A stretch of DNA of 64,000 bases from the human T2T-CHM13v2.0 reference genome, Homo sapiens (GCF_009914755.1 NC_060945.1), one strand, 5' to 3'. Shown: positions 13,571 to 29,942, counted from the first letter of the stretch. Notes: a model not told the origin generated them from the letters alone. Numbers and translations: made by a program.

Positions 13571-14896
13571 AGTTAAATTAATTGGATCCATGTCTACTCC
13601 CTTCTGTGATATCAGATAGGTATTTCATATAAAAAAGACACCATCATTTCAATTCCAGCATTTCAGAAGACATAGTTTGCATGTCTCACCATCCTTTTAC
13701 CCATTCCTAACAGCACAGTAAGGTCATTTCTTACATAACAGCTACACGAGAGAGAGAGTGTGAGAGGGAAGAAAAGAAAACTGGCTGTGATACCAAAATA
13801 CTAGACACCAAATTGTGGTTCATCCTTTGAACTTGTTCTACTGTTTGCCCACCTCAGCTACTCCTGTCAACTCTACCATCCATCACCTTGACTCCCTGTT
13901 TTTCCAGGCTCTTCCCCTCCCTCTGCACATCACTGCCAAACTTAATCTTCCTGAAACATAATGTGACTCTGTCACTCAATAAGGAACCCAGTTCAGTAAT
14001 CCAAACTCTTCTGCAAGGCTCGAAAGTTGCTAAACTTTGACTGTACTCTATCTGTTTGATCCCATTGTTTGTAACATTCCCCAAAACGGTCTTTTCATTT
14101 GCACAAAATGCATCCTTCTTTCCTTCAGTGCATTTTCTCATAGTTGCTACTAGGCTGTAATGTGTCCACTTATCACTAGTGCCATTTTCAATTACTCCAG
14201 CATACTCTGATTGGACATTCCATGCTATGAATGTATCCCTTAAAACACTGTACAGTTCTAATGTGATACACATGAACTTGCTTGTCTTTCTCCACGTTTT
14301 ATCACAGTCCACTTCCATTCCAAACTTTTATCTGTATATTTTTCAATGCTGTCAATACTATTTATTGAAATACTAGGTAAAAGATATGTATAAATGATTC
14401 AATTATAACAGTAAATAGTATGCTATTGTCATAATTCAGCAAAACCACTCAGAGCAGTACAGAAATAGATACACACCACAGCCTCATTTGTACAATGTTA
14501 ACAAAGTTAGCATCAGCTACAGTTATGCTACCAGATGGCAACAACATGAACAGTTTAGAATTTACTACGTCATCAGCTTTGAACTTCATTGATTCTTAGT
14601 ACTTCTTAATTTTTAAATTAAAAAGATACAAAAACTTCAAATGCTGCACACCAAGTGTGAAGAATCTATGTATCACGTAATTGACAATTCAATATAAATG
14701 TACCATTCACAAAGCATGGCACTTATAGAAGATAATCGAATTGTTCCATGTTTATTATGTTTATCTCTTCCATTAAACTGTAAGTTCTTTCAGTGTCAAG
14801 GCCACATCTTTATATTTTCCTCTAAATCTCTAGTAATGGCCAGTGTTACACATTTGGGTGCTCAGCAAAGAAATAACATAGTATTTCACTTCTCAC

Positions 14897-15117
14897 CAGA
14901 TAATGTAGAACCATTTGTTATAGGTCTATTTCTTTTCCTCCTTTCTGATGATTCTGCTGAATCTGAAGAGTCACCAGAAGTAACACCTGAAGAGATACCA
15001 GCACTTGTCTTGTGGGTTCCAAGATAAGCTGTCCTACTTGAGGTAGACTGGGTAGGAGAACCTACCAACTCAGGAATTATTTTTGTCTGAGATTTTAACC
15101 TCTTCGGCTTGAGGTTT
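14897..15117 (-). CDS. BRWD1: BRWD1 exon (221 nt) [10 protein letters not shown]...ITNGSTLS
   Basis: ggccag acceptor, CTG|gtgaga donor; inside ORF 14886..15137. Confidence 0.92.
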
Positions 15118-15749
15118 CTGGCCAAACATATGAACAAAGGAAACAGTATTTAACAAAATACAAAGATAATTGGTTCACAGAGAATGACTAAATAGAAGTA
15201 TATCATATTTCTTAAACTGAGAGTAATTTTATCATCAAAACATTAAAATATTCACTATTAACATTTTATTCTGGCACTGATTAGTAGTAGTATTTCCTAA
15301 CTCTAAATTTAACGCACTGTTATTCAAATTTGGAGTAATGAATCAATGTTCCAAGTAAGAGTTACAGAAAATTATTTGAATACCTTACATTCTTTGGATT
15401 AAATGCTAAGAGGAACCAACATTTACGTAATATAGGTATTCATTCATACTACCAATGTAAGCCTCAATAGGACCCAACTTTCTCCTCTCTTATTTCTATG
15501 TCCCTAAAGACAGAATATGGTTAAGAGGAGAAATCAACAAAACCTAAACAGGAAAAGTTAAAAAAAGGCATCAGAACAAAATGATTTTTGTCCCAAGACC
15601 AGACTATTTACATCTAACTGCACCCATTCACCATGGTTGGCCACTAGGCCAGGAATTATGAGAAAGGAGAATGGAAGTTTAAGGCATGTGAGAAATATGG
15701 GTGAATGAATATTGAGATAATCCTATTTTCCTTTAAAACAGCTAAGAAA

Positions 15750-16008
15750 TGGCCGAACATGCCTGTAATCCCAGCACTTTAGGAGGCCAAGGCAGGTGGA
15801 TAAATTGAAGCCAGGAGTTCAAACACTAGCCTGGGCAACATAGCATGACCCCATGCCTACAAAAAATTTAAAAATTAGCTGGGCATAGTTGTGCACATCT
15901 ATGATCGCAGCTACTCAGGAGACTTGTTTTAGCCCAGGAGCTTGACATTACGATGACATTATGATCACACCATGCACTCCAGCCTGGGCAACAGAGCAAG
16001 ACCCTGTT

Positions 16009-16009
<1 letters not shown>
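15750..16009 (+). mobile_element. AluJ-like (degraded)
   Basis: Alu dimer, tail displaced by the next element. Confidence 0.9.
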
Positions 16010-16047
<38 letters not shown>

Positions 16048-16290
16048 AGACAGAGTCTCTGCTCACTGCAAGCTCCGCCTCCCAAGTTCACGCCATTCTC
16101 CTGCCTCAGCCTCCTGAGTAGCTGGGACTACAGGCGCCCACCACCACGCCCGGCTAATTTTTTGTAATTTTTAGTAGAGACAAGGTTTCACCATGTTAGC
16201 CAGGATGGTCTCGATCTCCTGACCTCGTGATCCACCCACCTCGGCCTCCCAAAGTGCTGGGATTACAAGCGTGAGCCACCGCGCCCAGCC
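16010..16290 (-). mobile_element. AluY-like with internal deletion, inserted into the preceding Alu
   Basis: Long poly-T, caagctccgcc and ttagccaggatggtctcgatc diagnostic strings; TSD gaccctg(t/c)ttctt. Confidence 0.93.
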
Positions 16291-16453
16291 GACCCTGCTT
16301 CTTAAAACAAAAGCAAAACAGCCTTTTAAGTGGTATCTAGACATTGAAGCTTAAAGTTAATCACAATTCTTTAAAGCAATAATTGTCAAGGCTGTAATAT
16401 CAAAAATTTTAAATGCCGTTAATAATCAAGGGAGAGAACAAAAGTAAATATAA

Positions 16454-16754
<301 letters not shown>

Positions 16755-17219
16755 GTGATCTGATACCACCACCACCTAGGAAGGGGATGGAAGGAAGCTA
16801 TACTAGAGCCAAGTTCCTATATGTACTGTAATAAAAATAGTATTAATATAAAATCGATTGTTTGCAATAGATTGAGATGCATAGTGTAGTCCCCAGAGCA
16901 ACCACAAGGAAATCCCATCAAGGGATATACTGCACAGTTGAAAATATAAATGGAAACAAACTAAACATTGCACAACTCAATTTTTATACTGTAACAACAT
17001 AAAGTACCTATAAATGTGATATTAATCTAAACTACATAGTCAAAGAATATAGAATGTAAATTAATATACAATTACTGAGAAAGTTAATAAATCCTTCATT
17101 TTACATTTCTTTACAAATAATCCTCAGTAATACTGAGGTACATTGTATCAAGGGTACATTTTCCCTTACACAATCAAATGCTCAAAAGACCATACATAAA
17201 AATCACATTATTCTCTACA

Positions 17220-17540
17220 TAGCAGTCCCCAAGCTTTCTGGCACCAGGGACCGGTTTTGTGGAAGACAGTTTTTCCATGGACTGGGACTGGGGCCAGTGA
17301 GTGGGCAGAGTTCAAGACAAAACTGTTCCACCTCAGATCATCAGGCATTAGATCCTCATAAGGAGCACACAACCTGGATCCCTCGCATGCAGTTACAAAA
17401 AGGTTCCTGCTCCTATGAAAATCGAATGCCCCCACGGATCTGACAGCAGACAGAACTCAGGTGGTAATGCTTGTTTGCCAGCCAATCACATCCTACTGTG
17501 TGGCCCAGTCTACACAGGGAGCAGGTGCTGGGGACTCCGA
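17220..17540. mobile_element. MER1B-like hAT-Charlie element
   Basis: gtccccaagctttctggcaccagggaccggttttgtggaagaca... to ...tgctggggactcc. Confidence 0.8.
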
Positions 17541-17774
17541 CTCTATATTAAAGAGCCAATTCTTATGCAAAATACAAATGACACTTTAAATAATCCTTAA
17601 TAAGATTTGAAAAAATCTATAATTTTACATATTTATAGAATTACAAACCAATACAACAGCTCTATATTCACAGAAATGCTTTCAAGCTATAAAACCCATG
17701 ACTAGTCTTTTCAGAATGTACAGTACTCTAAAGATTAAATAACACAGTCTTAAATTTTTAAAAAAATGCATACA

Positions 17775-18666
<892 letters not shown>

Positions 18667-18690
18667 GCAAGCTTGCCATAACCAGTTTAC

Positions 18691-18857
18691 CTGATACTTT
18701 TGTTAGGCTGACTGTCACCTTTACAATTTTGCCGTTGCTTGAACCTCTGGCTTCTTCGAAGTTTTTCATTGAATTTTTGACCAATTTTAAAATCAGAAGA
18801 GATTTTCTTCATTTTTTCTTCAAATAAGGCAGATAATCTCAAGGTCATACTATAAAT
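18691..18857 (-). CDS. BRWD1: BRWD1 exon (167 nt) [16 protein letters not shown]...QPNKSI
   Basis: ttgcag acceptor, CAG|gtaaac donor; last helix of bromodomain 2. Confidence 0.95.
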
Positions 18858-19734
18858 CTGCAAGGATATAAAAACAAAGTAGAATTACAAAATAGCCTTA
18901 AAAGTACTTAAGAAATAATTGTAATCATTGAGATCCCTTGCAATGTATTATATCACTGCTTATAGGTAATGGCTGTCACCCACTTCTTCTGTTTCCAACC
19001 CCCTTCCCTTAATGACATCTGGAAGTAAGAAGTATCAAATACATACCTCTCAGATGATAAGAAAGTAGTTTGAAGTCAAGCATCTATATTCAGGACTTGT
19101 GTCTATATGTCAGTGAATCTCAACTGTTTTTGCCTATTCTAACATCTGTATGTACAAACCCCAAAATATACCCTTCTCCCAAAGTTAGATGGGAAGTTGA
19201 ATGGTTTTAAGGCTGCTATTTAGGCTACAAAAGCGCTGTCTTTCTTTGGGGCAAGGGAACAAAAGCACTTTTATATACCCATCTCTGTCTGCAATCTGTT
19301 TTCAATGCCACCTAATTCTAAAAATGAAACAAAAATACCTTGCATCCAGTAGCAGAAAGTATAACCTAGAACGTTAATGCATATGAAAGATTTGTTTTAA
19401 CAATGTTTACAATTAAATAACATCAAATCTTAAATACTTTTGGATACAGCTATGTATGTACAGAACTACTCTATCCTCCTCCACGACTTTTCCTGAAAAT
19501 AAGTGCAAAAGTCTAATGCTCAAAACTTAAATATAATTCTTGTGCATGGCAGTGGATGGCGAAGACACTCCAATACCAGAAAACTTTTTTAAAAAGTATG
19601 TGAGATATACGAATTTCTTACATGCTTCTCATATACATATATATATGCTCACAAATGAATGTGAAATTTGTTATACTTAATCTGAAATGATCTTTGACAG
19701 TTATTTTCAGTATTTCATATATATAAATTTTATT

Positions 19735-20029
19735 CTGCCAGGCACAGTGGCTCATGCCTATAATCCCAGTACTTTGGGAGGCCGAGGCAGGCAGATCACT
19801 TGAGGTCAAGGGTTCAAGACTAGCTTGGCCAATATGGTGAAACCCCATCTCTACTAAAAATACAATAATTAGCCGGGCATGGTGGCGCAAGCCTGTAGTC
19901 CCAGCTACCCGGGAGGCTGAAGCAGGCAAATTGCTCAGGAGTTGGAGGTTGCAGTGAGCCAAGATCTCACCACTGCTCTCCAGCCTGGGCAACAGAGTGA
20001 GACAGGCTCAAAAAAAAAAAAGAAAAAAA

Positions 20030-20034
<5 letters not shown>
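19735..20034 (+). mobile_element. AluS
   Basis: Alu dimer; tail runs into (CA)n. Confidence 0.93.

Positions 20035-20081
<47 letters not shown>
20035..20081. repeat. (CA)n microsatellite
   Basis: About 23 perfect CA units. Confidence 0.98.
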
Positions 20082-20085
<4 letters not shown>

Positions 20086-20089
20086 AAAC

Positions 20090-20820
20090 TCCAAAAACAA
20101 CAAGTGTTGGCAAGGATGTGAACAAACTGTGGCTTTTATACACTGCCAGCGGGAATGTAAAAAGGTGCAGCCAATATGGAAAACAGTGTAGTGGTTCCTG
20201 GAAAAGGTAAACATGAATTATCCCATGACCCAGCAATTCTACTCTTAGGTCTATACCCAAGGGAATTGAGCAGGGTTTCTGAGAGATACGTGTATTCCAA
20301 AATTTGCTGCAGCATTACTCGTAATGGTCAAGAAATAGAAACAGCCGAGCTGGCCATCGATAGATGAATGAATAAGATATGGTATAACCACACACTTTAA
20401 TATTATTCAGCCATAAAATGGAATAAAGTTCTGATACATGCTACAACATGCATAAGCCTTTAAGGCATTACACTAAGTGAAATAAATAAGCTGGACACAA
20501 AGGACAAATATGGTAAGATCTCAATTTTTATATGAAATTGTCTAGGACAGGCAAATTCAGACACCGAAAGTTAGAGGTTTCCAAGGACTGGGGGTGAGGG
20601 GAAATTACTGCTTGATGGTTACAGAGCTTCTGTGTGGAATGATGAAAAGGTTTTAGAAAGATTATAAACGATGTCACTGAATTGTACTCATAAAAATGGC
20701 TAAAATGGCAAATGTTATGTTATATATAGTTAACCATAGTTTTGAACAACTGACAATGTACTATACCAAAAACCACTGAACTATAAGCTTTCAATGGTGA
20801 ACTGTATGGTATGTGTCCTC
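20090..20820 (+). mobile_element. Old L1 (L1MB/MC-type) ORF2 end and 3' UTR
   Basis: caagtgttggcaaggatgtg..., gacccagcaattctactcttagg, atacatgctacaacatg. Confidence 0.8.
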
Positions 20821-21171
20821 AAACATGTATTTGAGGGGCACAGGGAAGACTTGAATGAAATTTATTTTGTCGCTGAAAAAAAACAGTCTTACAAATGGTG
20901 ACTTTGACAAAAATCCAAGCTTGGAAACGTTAGCCTTGAACGTTAAACTGATCCAGCAAGCAGTGTGGATCCTGAATCCAAGAAAGAGTTCTCAAATTGA
21001 GACCAGAGGCAGTAATGCAGGAGGAGTCTAATATTAAGTAATGACAGGGAAATGCAGTTAAAGCAAAACAGTTAAATGTCACTGATTGTAGACACCAAAA
21101 AATGTTGTAAGATCAAACAAGTATTTTACTTTAAATATGACTTTTTACAATTATTCAACACATGAGCTACC

Positions 21172-21447
21172 TGGAGTCTTGCTCTGTTGCCCAGGCTAGA
21201 GTGCAGTGGCATGATCTCAGCTCACTGCAACCTCTGCCTCCCAGGTTCAAGTGGCTCTCATGCCTCATTTCAAGCGGTTCTCATGCCTCGTGCCTATAGG
21301 TGGGATTACAGGCAAGCGCCAACACGGGCTAATTTTTTTATCTCTAGTAGAGAAGGGGGCTCACCATGTTGACCAGGCTGGTCTCGAACTCCTGACCTCA
21401 AGTGATCTGCCTACCTTGGCCTCCCAAATTCCAGGGATTACAGGCCT
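21172..21447 (-). mobile_element. Alu with internal 21-bp duplication
   Basis: Alu consensus; ttcaag(t/c)gg(c/t)tctcatgcctc occurs twice. Confidence 0.9.
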
Positions 21448-21509
21448 CATCAAGTTTTGAAAAGTTACCCAATGTGTAACATGTTAACAAAACTTTAGTA
21501 ACCTTCTAC

Positions 21510-22121
21510 TGAAACTGCATGCCCCAAAGAGTTAAAGAAGTCAATTAACAAAAATTCTTAAGTTTACAAAATGACAAAAAAAAAAAAAAGAAAGAAAGAA
21601 ACCCAACCTACTATAAAACACTAAAACTCCCTCTGCTTATGAGATAAGAAGAACTGGCTGAAACTGGTTAAAACCAGTATGGCCAAGTGGAGTCTGCAAA
21701 GAATGAGCCTGCTGACATCAGAGCCTGAATTTCCAGCATGCTTCACACTAACTTCCCCCAAATTTGCACACGCAACCCATCAGATAACATAAAGAAATAA
21801 CTATACATGCCCAAAGACTTTCCAGACCTCTCCTTTCCTTCCATTAATCACCTGCTAATCTCAGAATCCATGCCCTGAACCTTTTCTTTAAAAAAAAATA
21901 AAAAATAAAAATACTGCTTTAAAGCCAGCACCGGAGTCAGATTTGAAATTCACTCCTGTCTCCTTAGGAGTCAACTTTCAATATAAAGCTTATTCTCAAA
22001 AACCCAGTGTCACCACTTCACTTGAGTAGGCTAGAAAAAAAAAAAAAAGAAAAAGAAAAACCCTGTGTCATAATATTAGCTTCTAACACATCAAGCAAAG
22101 AGCCTCCACTGGCTCTGTAAC
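21510..22121 (+). mobile_element. Solo LTR, ERV1-class (family not assigned)
   Basis: tgaaac...gtaaca termini; internal gcccaaagactttccagacct, ttaatcacctgctaatc. Confidence 0.55.
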
Positions 22122-22571
22122 ATTATTTGTGGTCTTAATCTGATAGCTCATGTGTTCCTTCTTCAAATCCAAATGTTCTTATGCTGTCAGCAGTCTCACA
22201 ACCAGATTTTCCTTTTTACTTTTAATATTCTTACAGTCTCGATCTATGTTTCCAATCCACTTAAGATCCTTATACATACAAAACACAGAGACTCTTACTC
22301 TGTGTATCAAATTTGTTCACTTTCTATTGATGCCTACTCCCATTAATCCCCACTTGCTTATAAAATTTGAGGAGATTATGATAAACATCAACTGATGAAA
22401 GGCAAAAACTGAAGCTATATGAACAGTAGCAGAAGCTCTTTTCTTTATAATAGTCTTAATTTATTCACTTATCTTTAATGTTCTAACCTCTATTACACAG
22501 TGGAAAATTACACTGGAAAAAATTACTATTACATTGGAAAATTATCTACACAGATCAGGCAGTTTTTTTCA

Positions 22572-22745
<174 letters not shown>

Positions 22746-23323
22746 CTAGGTTTTAAACACAATATTTAATTCATAGATTCATTTCTTGCTTTTAGAAATG
22801 TAAATGCATCAGATCTCTAAAAAATGTGAAATGATGGAAGAGAGGAAAAGGTTAGAGGACTCTTAAAATTCATTAGTAATGTTTAAAAAGAGGTATAAAA
22901 ACAAAGAAAAGATAGAAATATACCAAAATGTTAATGTCTATTTATTGTTAGTGACACATGGGATGGTTTTATTTCCTGCTGTATGTACTCCAAGCATCCT
23001 ACAGTCACTCTGTGCTGTTATAATCCAACTTTTTTTATAAAGTCATCTTTCAATTTCCCTTTTTAAAGAGTGCAAACAGACACGTTTATCCAATTCACAG
23101 TTCTCCTAGTGCTGGGCCTACTTAGATAGAAATCTAAGTAGATCCATCCCACTGTTATGTAATACTGATTATCTAAGTCTAAATTCTTAAATGAGCTCAC
23201 AAGGGTGTCTATAAATTGAAGAAAACTATGTAAAAACAATACTTCTACCACTAACTTAGTGATAGGAGCAAAAAAGTTAACATAAAGCCTGGGTATCTTT
23301 CTCTTTAAAGTTTAATAACTCTA

Positions 23324-23527
<204 letters not shown>

Positions 23528-23856
23528 CTAAAAATACATTCACAGTCTTAAGAAAAATCACACTATTGGTGTAAGACTGTGGTAAAAATGTAACTGATCT
23601 ACTGTCTTCTATAAAAATACAATAATGTCATATATGTTGCTCTCAACACATTTTTCCAGAAATGAAATTTTTAAACTATGCATGAAACATAAGTTATTTT
23701 CATATAACTTAACCAATTTCAGAAATATTACAAAGTTAGCTATGAAAAGCATACTCTAACAAGAGCACATTATCTAGTGAAAGGCTATTCCATGACCTCT
23801 CACCTCCCAGGTTTATAATATTTGTTTTCGCAGAATATGAAGCACATCTGATAATA

Positions 23857-24307
23857 TGATAGGCAGAATAATGGCCCCACCAAAGATGTCCACATCATAA
23901 TCCTCATAACCTATGACTATGTTGCCTTACATGAGAAAAGGTATTTTGCATTAAGGGTATAGACCTTGAGATGAAAGATTATCTTGAATTGATTGCTTGG
24001 ACCCAGTATAGCCACAAAAGTTATTATAAGAGGGAGGCAGAAAGGTCAGAGTCAGAGAGAGACTGAAAAATGCTACATTGTTGGCTTGAAAGATGGAACA
24101 AGGTGACCTGGAGCCAAGGTGAGGACACCCACTAGAAGCTGGAAAATGCACATAACTCTCCCTGGAGCTTCTGGCCACACCAAGACCATGATTCTGACCT
24201 AGAGACCCATGAAAACTTCTAATCTACAGAACTATCAGGTAATACATTTTTATTATTTAAGCAACTAAATTTGTCATTTGCTGCAGCAGACATAGCAAAT
24301 AAATACA
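23857..24307 (+). mobile_element. MLT1 (MaLR) solo LTR
   Basis: tgataggcagaataatggcccc..aaagatgtccacatc... to ...gcaaataaataca. Confidence 0.8.
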
Positions 24308-25263
24308 AATACTAAACACTTGGGAGTCTAGAAATAAAATTAAACGAAAATGACTAATCAAATTAGAGTATTTTAGGTATAACTTTTCAGTGTTCTGGAA
24401 GGCAAGCACATGGTATAAATTAATATTTCATAAAAAGCTTAAATTTAAGGAGCATTTGGAGGAAATTTAAAATGATCTGGGCTAAAATGTCTTAAGCATT
24501 TTCATATTAATAACCTTTAATTTTAATTACTCTATATTTGAACTTCAAAGCCTGCCGATACTCCATTATGATTACCCACTTTCATAAACTTAGTTCCATA
24601 GACCCTTCTCCTTACCCCTCAACCTCATCATCCCAACATATCTCCATTGTTAAAAAAAGTTCAGTCACCAAATCCTAGTTAGTTTTCCCTAAAAAGGTGT
24701 CATAATTTTCCTTTCCTCTCCATTCCAAGCAAATATCCTTGACTAGGTACCCATCCTTCACCCTATATTCTTGGAATAAACTCCTAATTCATCTCCTTTA
24801 ATACACATCTTCTTATCCTTCAAATTGTATTATCTATTTTGGCTGTTCAATTGATTCTCTACTTTAAATGAAATCCTTGGATTTCAATATCACCATAATC
24901 TACCCCAATCATAACAGCCAGACACAGCCACTTTGATCACTTCAACATCCAACCTCTACACCAGTCAGGTGTAGTTCCCTTAACAGTCTATGGACATGCC
25001 ATGCCATATTTCTCTACTTTTTTTGTCTTTCCTGTGGTAGCCTCTATTTTTTGAATGGCCTCTTCTTACTCCATCTCACTCTGATAATACAGTACAAATT
25101 CCAACTCTCCCACTAAATCTTTCCAGTAATTTCTCCCATTTTGCTAATAAAATATTCAGTATCTACACTGATATAACTTTTCAAAGACAAAAACTAAAAT
25201 CCTGAATTGATTTTAAAACAAAGAAAAAGAAACTACAAAAGTCAACCATGCAGAGTAACTTAC

Positions 25264-25305
25264 TCTCCTTCTTCCAGAAGATGTTTTAGGAAGATCACTA
25301 TCATC
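25264..25305 (-). CDS. BRWD1: BRWD1 small exon (42 nt) DDSDLPKTSSGRRR
   Basis: tcctag acceptor, AGA|gtaagt donor, 14 codons, phase 0-0. Confidence 0.85.
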
Positions 25306-25659
25306 CTAGGAATAAAATCAGAGCACCTTAAGTATTTAGAGTCTCATTAGAAAATAATAACATAATCTTAATAAATAACATATCAAAGACATTTGGTATT
25401 ACCAGAGTTATAACATGTTATTATCAAAATCTCCAAAGAAAGACTACCAGATGATCTTTGTGGCACCCAGGCTTGAAAAAAAAAAATCATTCTTAATAAT
25501 CCTTTTTCATTCCCTAAGAACATGAACTAATTCTAAAATTTGAAATTACAGCTATAAAAAGACGCTTCATGCATTTCCTAAATAGAAAACTTGTGTTTTA
25601 CCTCTATCCACAAATCCCCAGAAACATACAGATTCCTATAGTTTCTGCATTTTGTGTTC

Positions 25660-25803
25660 TATAGTACAGGCATGCACTACCACCCCCATCTAACTTTTTT
25701 ATTTATTGTAGAGACAGGGTCTCAAACTCCTGGCTCAAGCAATCTTCCCATCTCAGCCTGCTAAAGCACTGGAATTACAGGTGTGAGCCACTGTGCCCAG
25801 CCT
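25660..25803 (-). mobile_element. FLAM / Alu left monomer
   Basis: tagagacagggtctcaaactcctggctcaagc...gagccactgtgcccagcc. Confidence 0.85.
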
Positions 25804-26078
25804 CCAAGGTACTTTATATAATACACCTTTCACTAGCTAAAATATAGAAAGAGAATATATTCCACACCTAAAGTTATTCACTTAGATATATTTTGATATT
25901 AGCTAAAACAAATTACCTCATAAATCATCTAGAAAATTCAAAAATATAATTTTATCAAATGCCCTATTTGTTCATTGGACTACTACAAGAGTTGGTACTA
26001 CAAAGCCAACATTTTCTTCACTTTAAAAATACCATTTGAAATTAACAAAAACCATTATAAAATCAACAAACTTCATAC

Positions 26079-26151
26079 CAAATCCTCAGCATTTTGCTCA
26101 TCATTTTCAGATGTGTTAGAAAGTTCTGAGATATTTGTACAGTGTTGATTC
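26079..26151 (-). CDS. BRWD1: BRWD1 exon (73 nt) NQHCTNISELSNTSENDEQNAEDL
   Basis: ttttag acceptor, TTG|gtatga donor, phase fits. Confidence 0.88.
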
Positions 26152-27467
26152 CTAAAAAACAAATTTTCACTTTAATAGTATGCAGATGTAGTGACTTGTT
26201 GGCAAGGATTCAAATTATACATTAAAATATAAACAGTTCACCAACCTATACGTGCCTAATTTCAAACAGAGGAATATCAGGTTTTCCCCCAACCCTTTGT
26301 AAACATAACTAGCCATCTTAAATCCTAATTTAGAATCTTGAAGGTTTTTCTTGTTTTCCGTTAAGTATGTATCCAAATTAAGCAGGTAATCCAAAAATAA
26401 TATATGTATGGCCTCAATTGGATGAATACATGGATGAGTTTTTCTAAGTATCATCAATAGCAGTATTCACACAATAAGTACCAGGAAAACAGTTGATTTA
26501 AGGTAAAAAAAATATATATATATACATATATATATAAGGGAAAAAGGAATTGAAATTAAAGCAAATAGTATCTTACTGTACACACAGGAGAAAAAAAGAA
26601 TGCTGAAATATGGATATCTAAGCATAAAGGAGACAAAAATGGGTAGATAATTTTCCTGAAGTAAGAACAAGAAGGTGATTCTGGGGAGGAGGTAACTTAC
26701 GTATGAGTCTCCAAGACTTAGGACAGAATCAAACCAAGAAAGCTGACAAGAATCAGTTACTCCCCAGTTTTCAGCTAGATGCTGAAAACGATGGCACTGT
26801 TTCTAAATTAAGAATGCTCACTAGAATAGAGCAGACTAGAACCTGGGTCTGAATTTCCAAGTCAGTTTACATTCTTTGATTCTGAATACTTCTGAATTTA
26901 AGAAAATCTACAGAATATTCACACGTATACAAACATTTTCACAGGACATAATCTGAAACATTAAAACAACATAATCATGGGAAAATACCAAACAAAATCC
27001 AATTAAATATACTCTATAAAATAAGTAACATAACTATACTCTATAAAATAAGTAACATTCATAAAAATGATGAGGTGATAAAGACAAGAAAAAACTGAAG
27101 GAGACTAAGAAAACAAAACGCTAAATTTGATGGGGATTCTGGATTAGATTCTGAAACATAAAAGGGTGTAAAAACTAGTGAAATCCAAATAAATTCTACA
27201 CTTTCTGTCAATAGCATGGTACCAAGATTTTTTTTTTAACATTTCATAAGTATACCGTAGTTATATAAAATGTTAACCTAAGGGGAGACTAGATGAAAGG
27301 CAAATGGCAACTTTCTGGAGTATAAAATTATTTCAAAATTTTAAAAAGTTGAAAAACTGAATTATTCAGTTTCTCAGACTTTTACTTAAATTATGTATGT
27401 AAAGAAATGTCATCTAAAGTAAAGCATTAAAAAAGTATAGTTCTGAGTAAAAAACAAAACTAGATGA

Positions 27468-27767
27468 TTTTTTTTTCCTTTTTTTTTTTTTTCTGGAGAC
27501 AGAGTTTTGCTCTTGTTACTCAGGCTGGAGTGCAATGGCACGATCCACACACGATTGGGCTCACTGTAACCACCACCTCCTGGGTTCAAGCAATTCTCCC
27601 ACCTCAGCCACCCGCCACCACGCCCGGCTAATTTTTGTATTTTTTTTAGTAGAGCCGGGGTTTCACCATGTTGGCTACGCTGGTCTCAAATGCCTGACCG
27701 CAAGTGATCTGACGGCCTTCGCTTCCCAAAGTGCTGGGATTAACAGGCATGAGCCACCACGCCCGGC
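27468..27767 (-). mobile_element. AluS
   Basis: Alu consensus; TSD aaaactagatgatt. Confidence 0.93.
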
Positions 27768-27833
27768 AAAACTAGATGATTGTTAATAGCACAATATGCA
27801 GTCACTTTTACACAACATCTATGAAATTACTTA

Positions 27834-27962
<129 letters not shown>

Positions 27963-28319
27963 TCAAAATAAAGTAGACAATTTAGGGCTTAGAAAATGAG
28001 AAGATAGAAACCAAGTGAAAAAATGCAGCATGTGAATTAAACAACTGTGAAATAATAATTAAACCATAAGTGCAAAGTTATAATGAATAACCTTCTAATG
28101 CTCTCAACTTGATCATAGTCATAGGCAATACATTGGACACCGAAGCAATTATATTGAACTGAAGAGGACAAAAATCTTAACAAATTACTTAATCACATAC
28201 AGAAAACCAACAAAACTACCCTCCCTTTTCATACTGCATATAGGTACCTTTTAAAATTGTTGAATCTCAATAAAGAAAATATGTTAAATATCATCAACCC
28301 TAAAAGCTGGCCCAGCAAG

Positions 28320-28625
28320 CTGGGATTACACCTGTAATCCCAGCACTTTGGGAGGACAGGGCAGGAGGACAGCATGAGCCCAGGGGTTCAAGATCAGCCT
28401 GGACAACATGGCAAAACCCCAAATTTACCAAAAATTAAAATTAAAAAATTAGCCAGGCGTACTGGTGCGCACCTGTAGCCCCAGCTATTCAAGAGGCTGA
28501 GGTGGGAGGATTGCTTGAGCCTGGCAGGTCGAGGCTACAGTGAGCTATCATCATGCCACTGCACTCCAGCCTGGGTGACAGAGCAAGACTCTATCTCAAA
28601 AACAAACAAAAAAACAAACAAAAAC
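28320..28625 (+). mobile_element. AluJ
   Basis: Alu dimer with (AAAC)n tail. Confidence 0.92.
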
Positions 28626-29385
28626 TAAGAGCTTCAGTTTCACTGTAAACAATCAAGTGGTTTCTGATGGGAATGCACATTCCAGTGTTAAATTACAGAG
28701 ATAAATTACGTCGATAATGTGGACTCAAGATGACTTTTTATAATTTCTTAAAGTAGTTGAATTATAAAAGTTAAAATACAATCAACTGCTGTAAAAATCA
28801 TTAAGAATAGGAAATTTTATACTTACCAGTGCTCTAGAAGCCAAAGATAAAAAGTCAGTGCCTCTGGGAAATTAATCTTCCAAAGGCCAAAAAGACCAAG
28901 TATTAACTATATAAATATTATTTTTAAATGTAGTTAAATAGAAATTTAAACATACAAAGAAAAAAAATAAAGTTATCTAACAACTTAACAAAATTTCTAA
29001 GAAAAACAGATTACTAAAGATTGAGGGTTGAGGCCCTGACTCGGACCTCCCTTCTCCAGCCAGGCCTGACCATCCCTGCAACTCTCAGCCTCCTACTCAT
29101 GTCGGCTGTGAGAGCCTGTGCTTAAATAAGATATCAGGCCTTACTGGAGACACTCAAGGATAGGTTGAACAACTATTTTTCCAGAGCAGAAAGGAAACTC
29201 ATGCATCAGAAAGGCCAGAAGTATATGACTGTATAAATAACAGAATCTACTCAGAACAGTTTAAGGAATTTCTTGGGACCTACAATAAACTTAGAGAAAC
29301 CTGCTTTTTGGACTGTGTTAAAGACTTCACAACAAAAGTAAAGCCTGAAGAGACCACCTGTTCAGACCATTGCTTACAGAAATAT

Positions 29386-29942
<557 letters not shown>

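Noticed and set aside
13854-14318. 154-aa minus-strand ORF
   Set aside because: No recognisable domain; it overlaps what looks like decayed L2-type sequence and does not fit the BRWD1 exon chain
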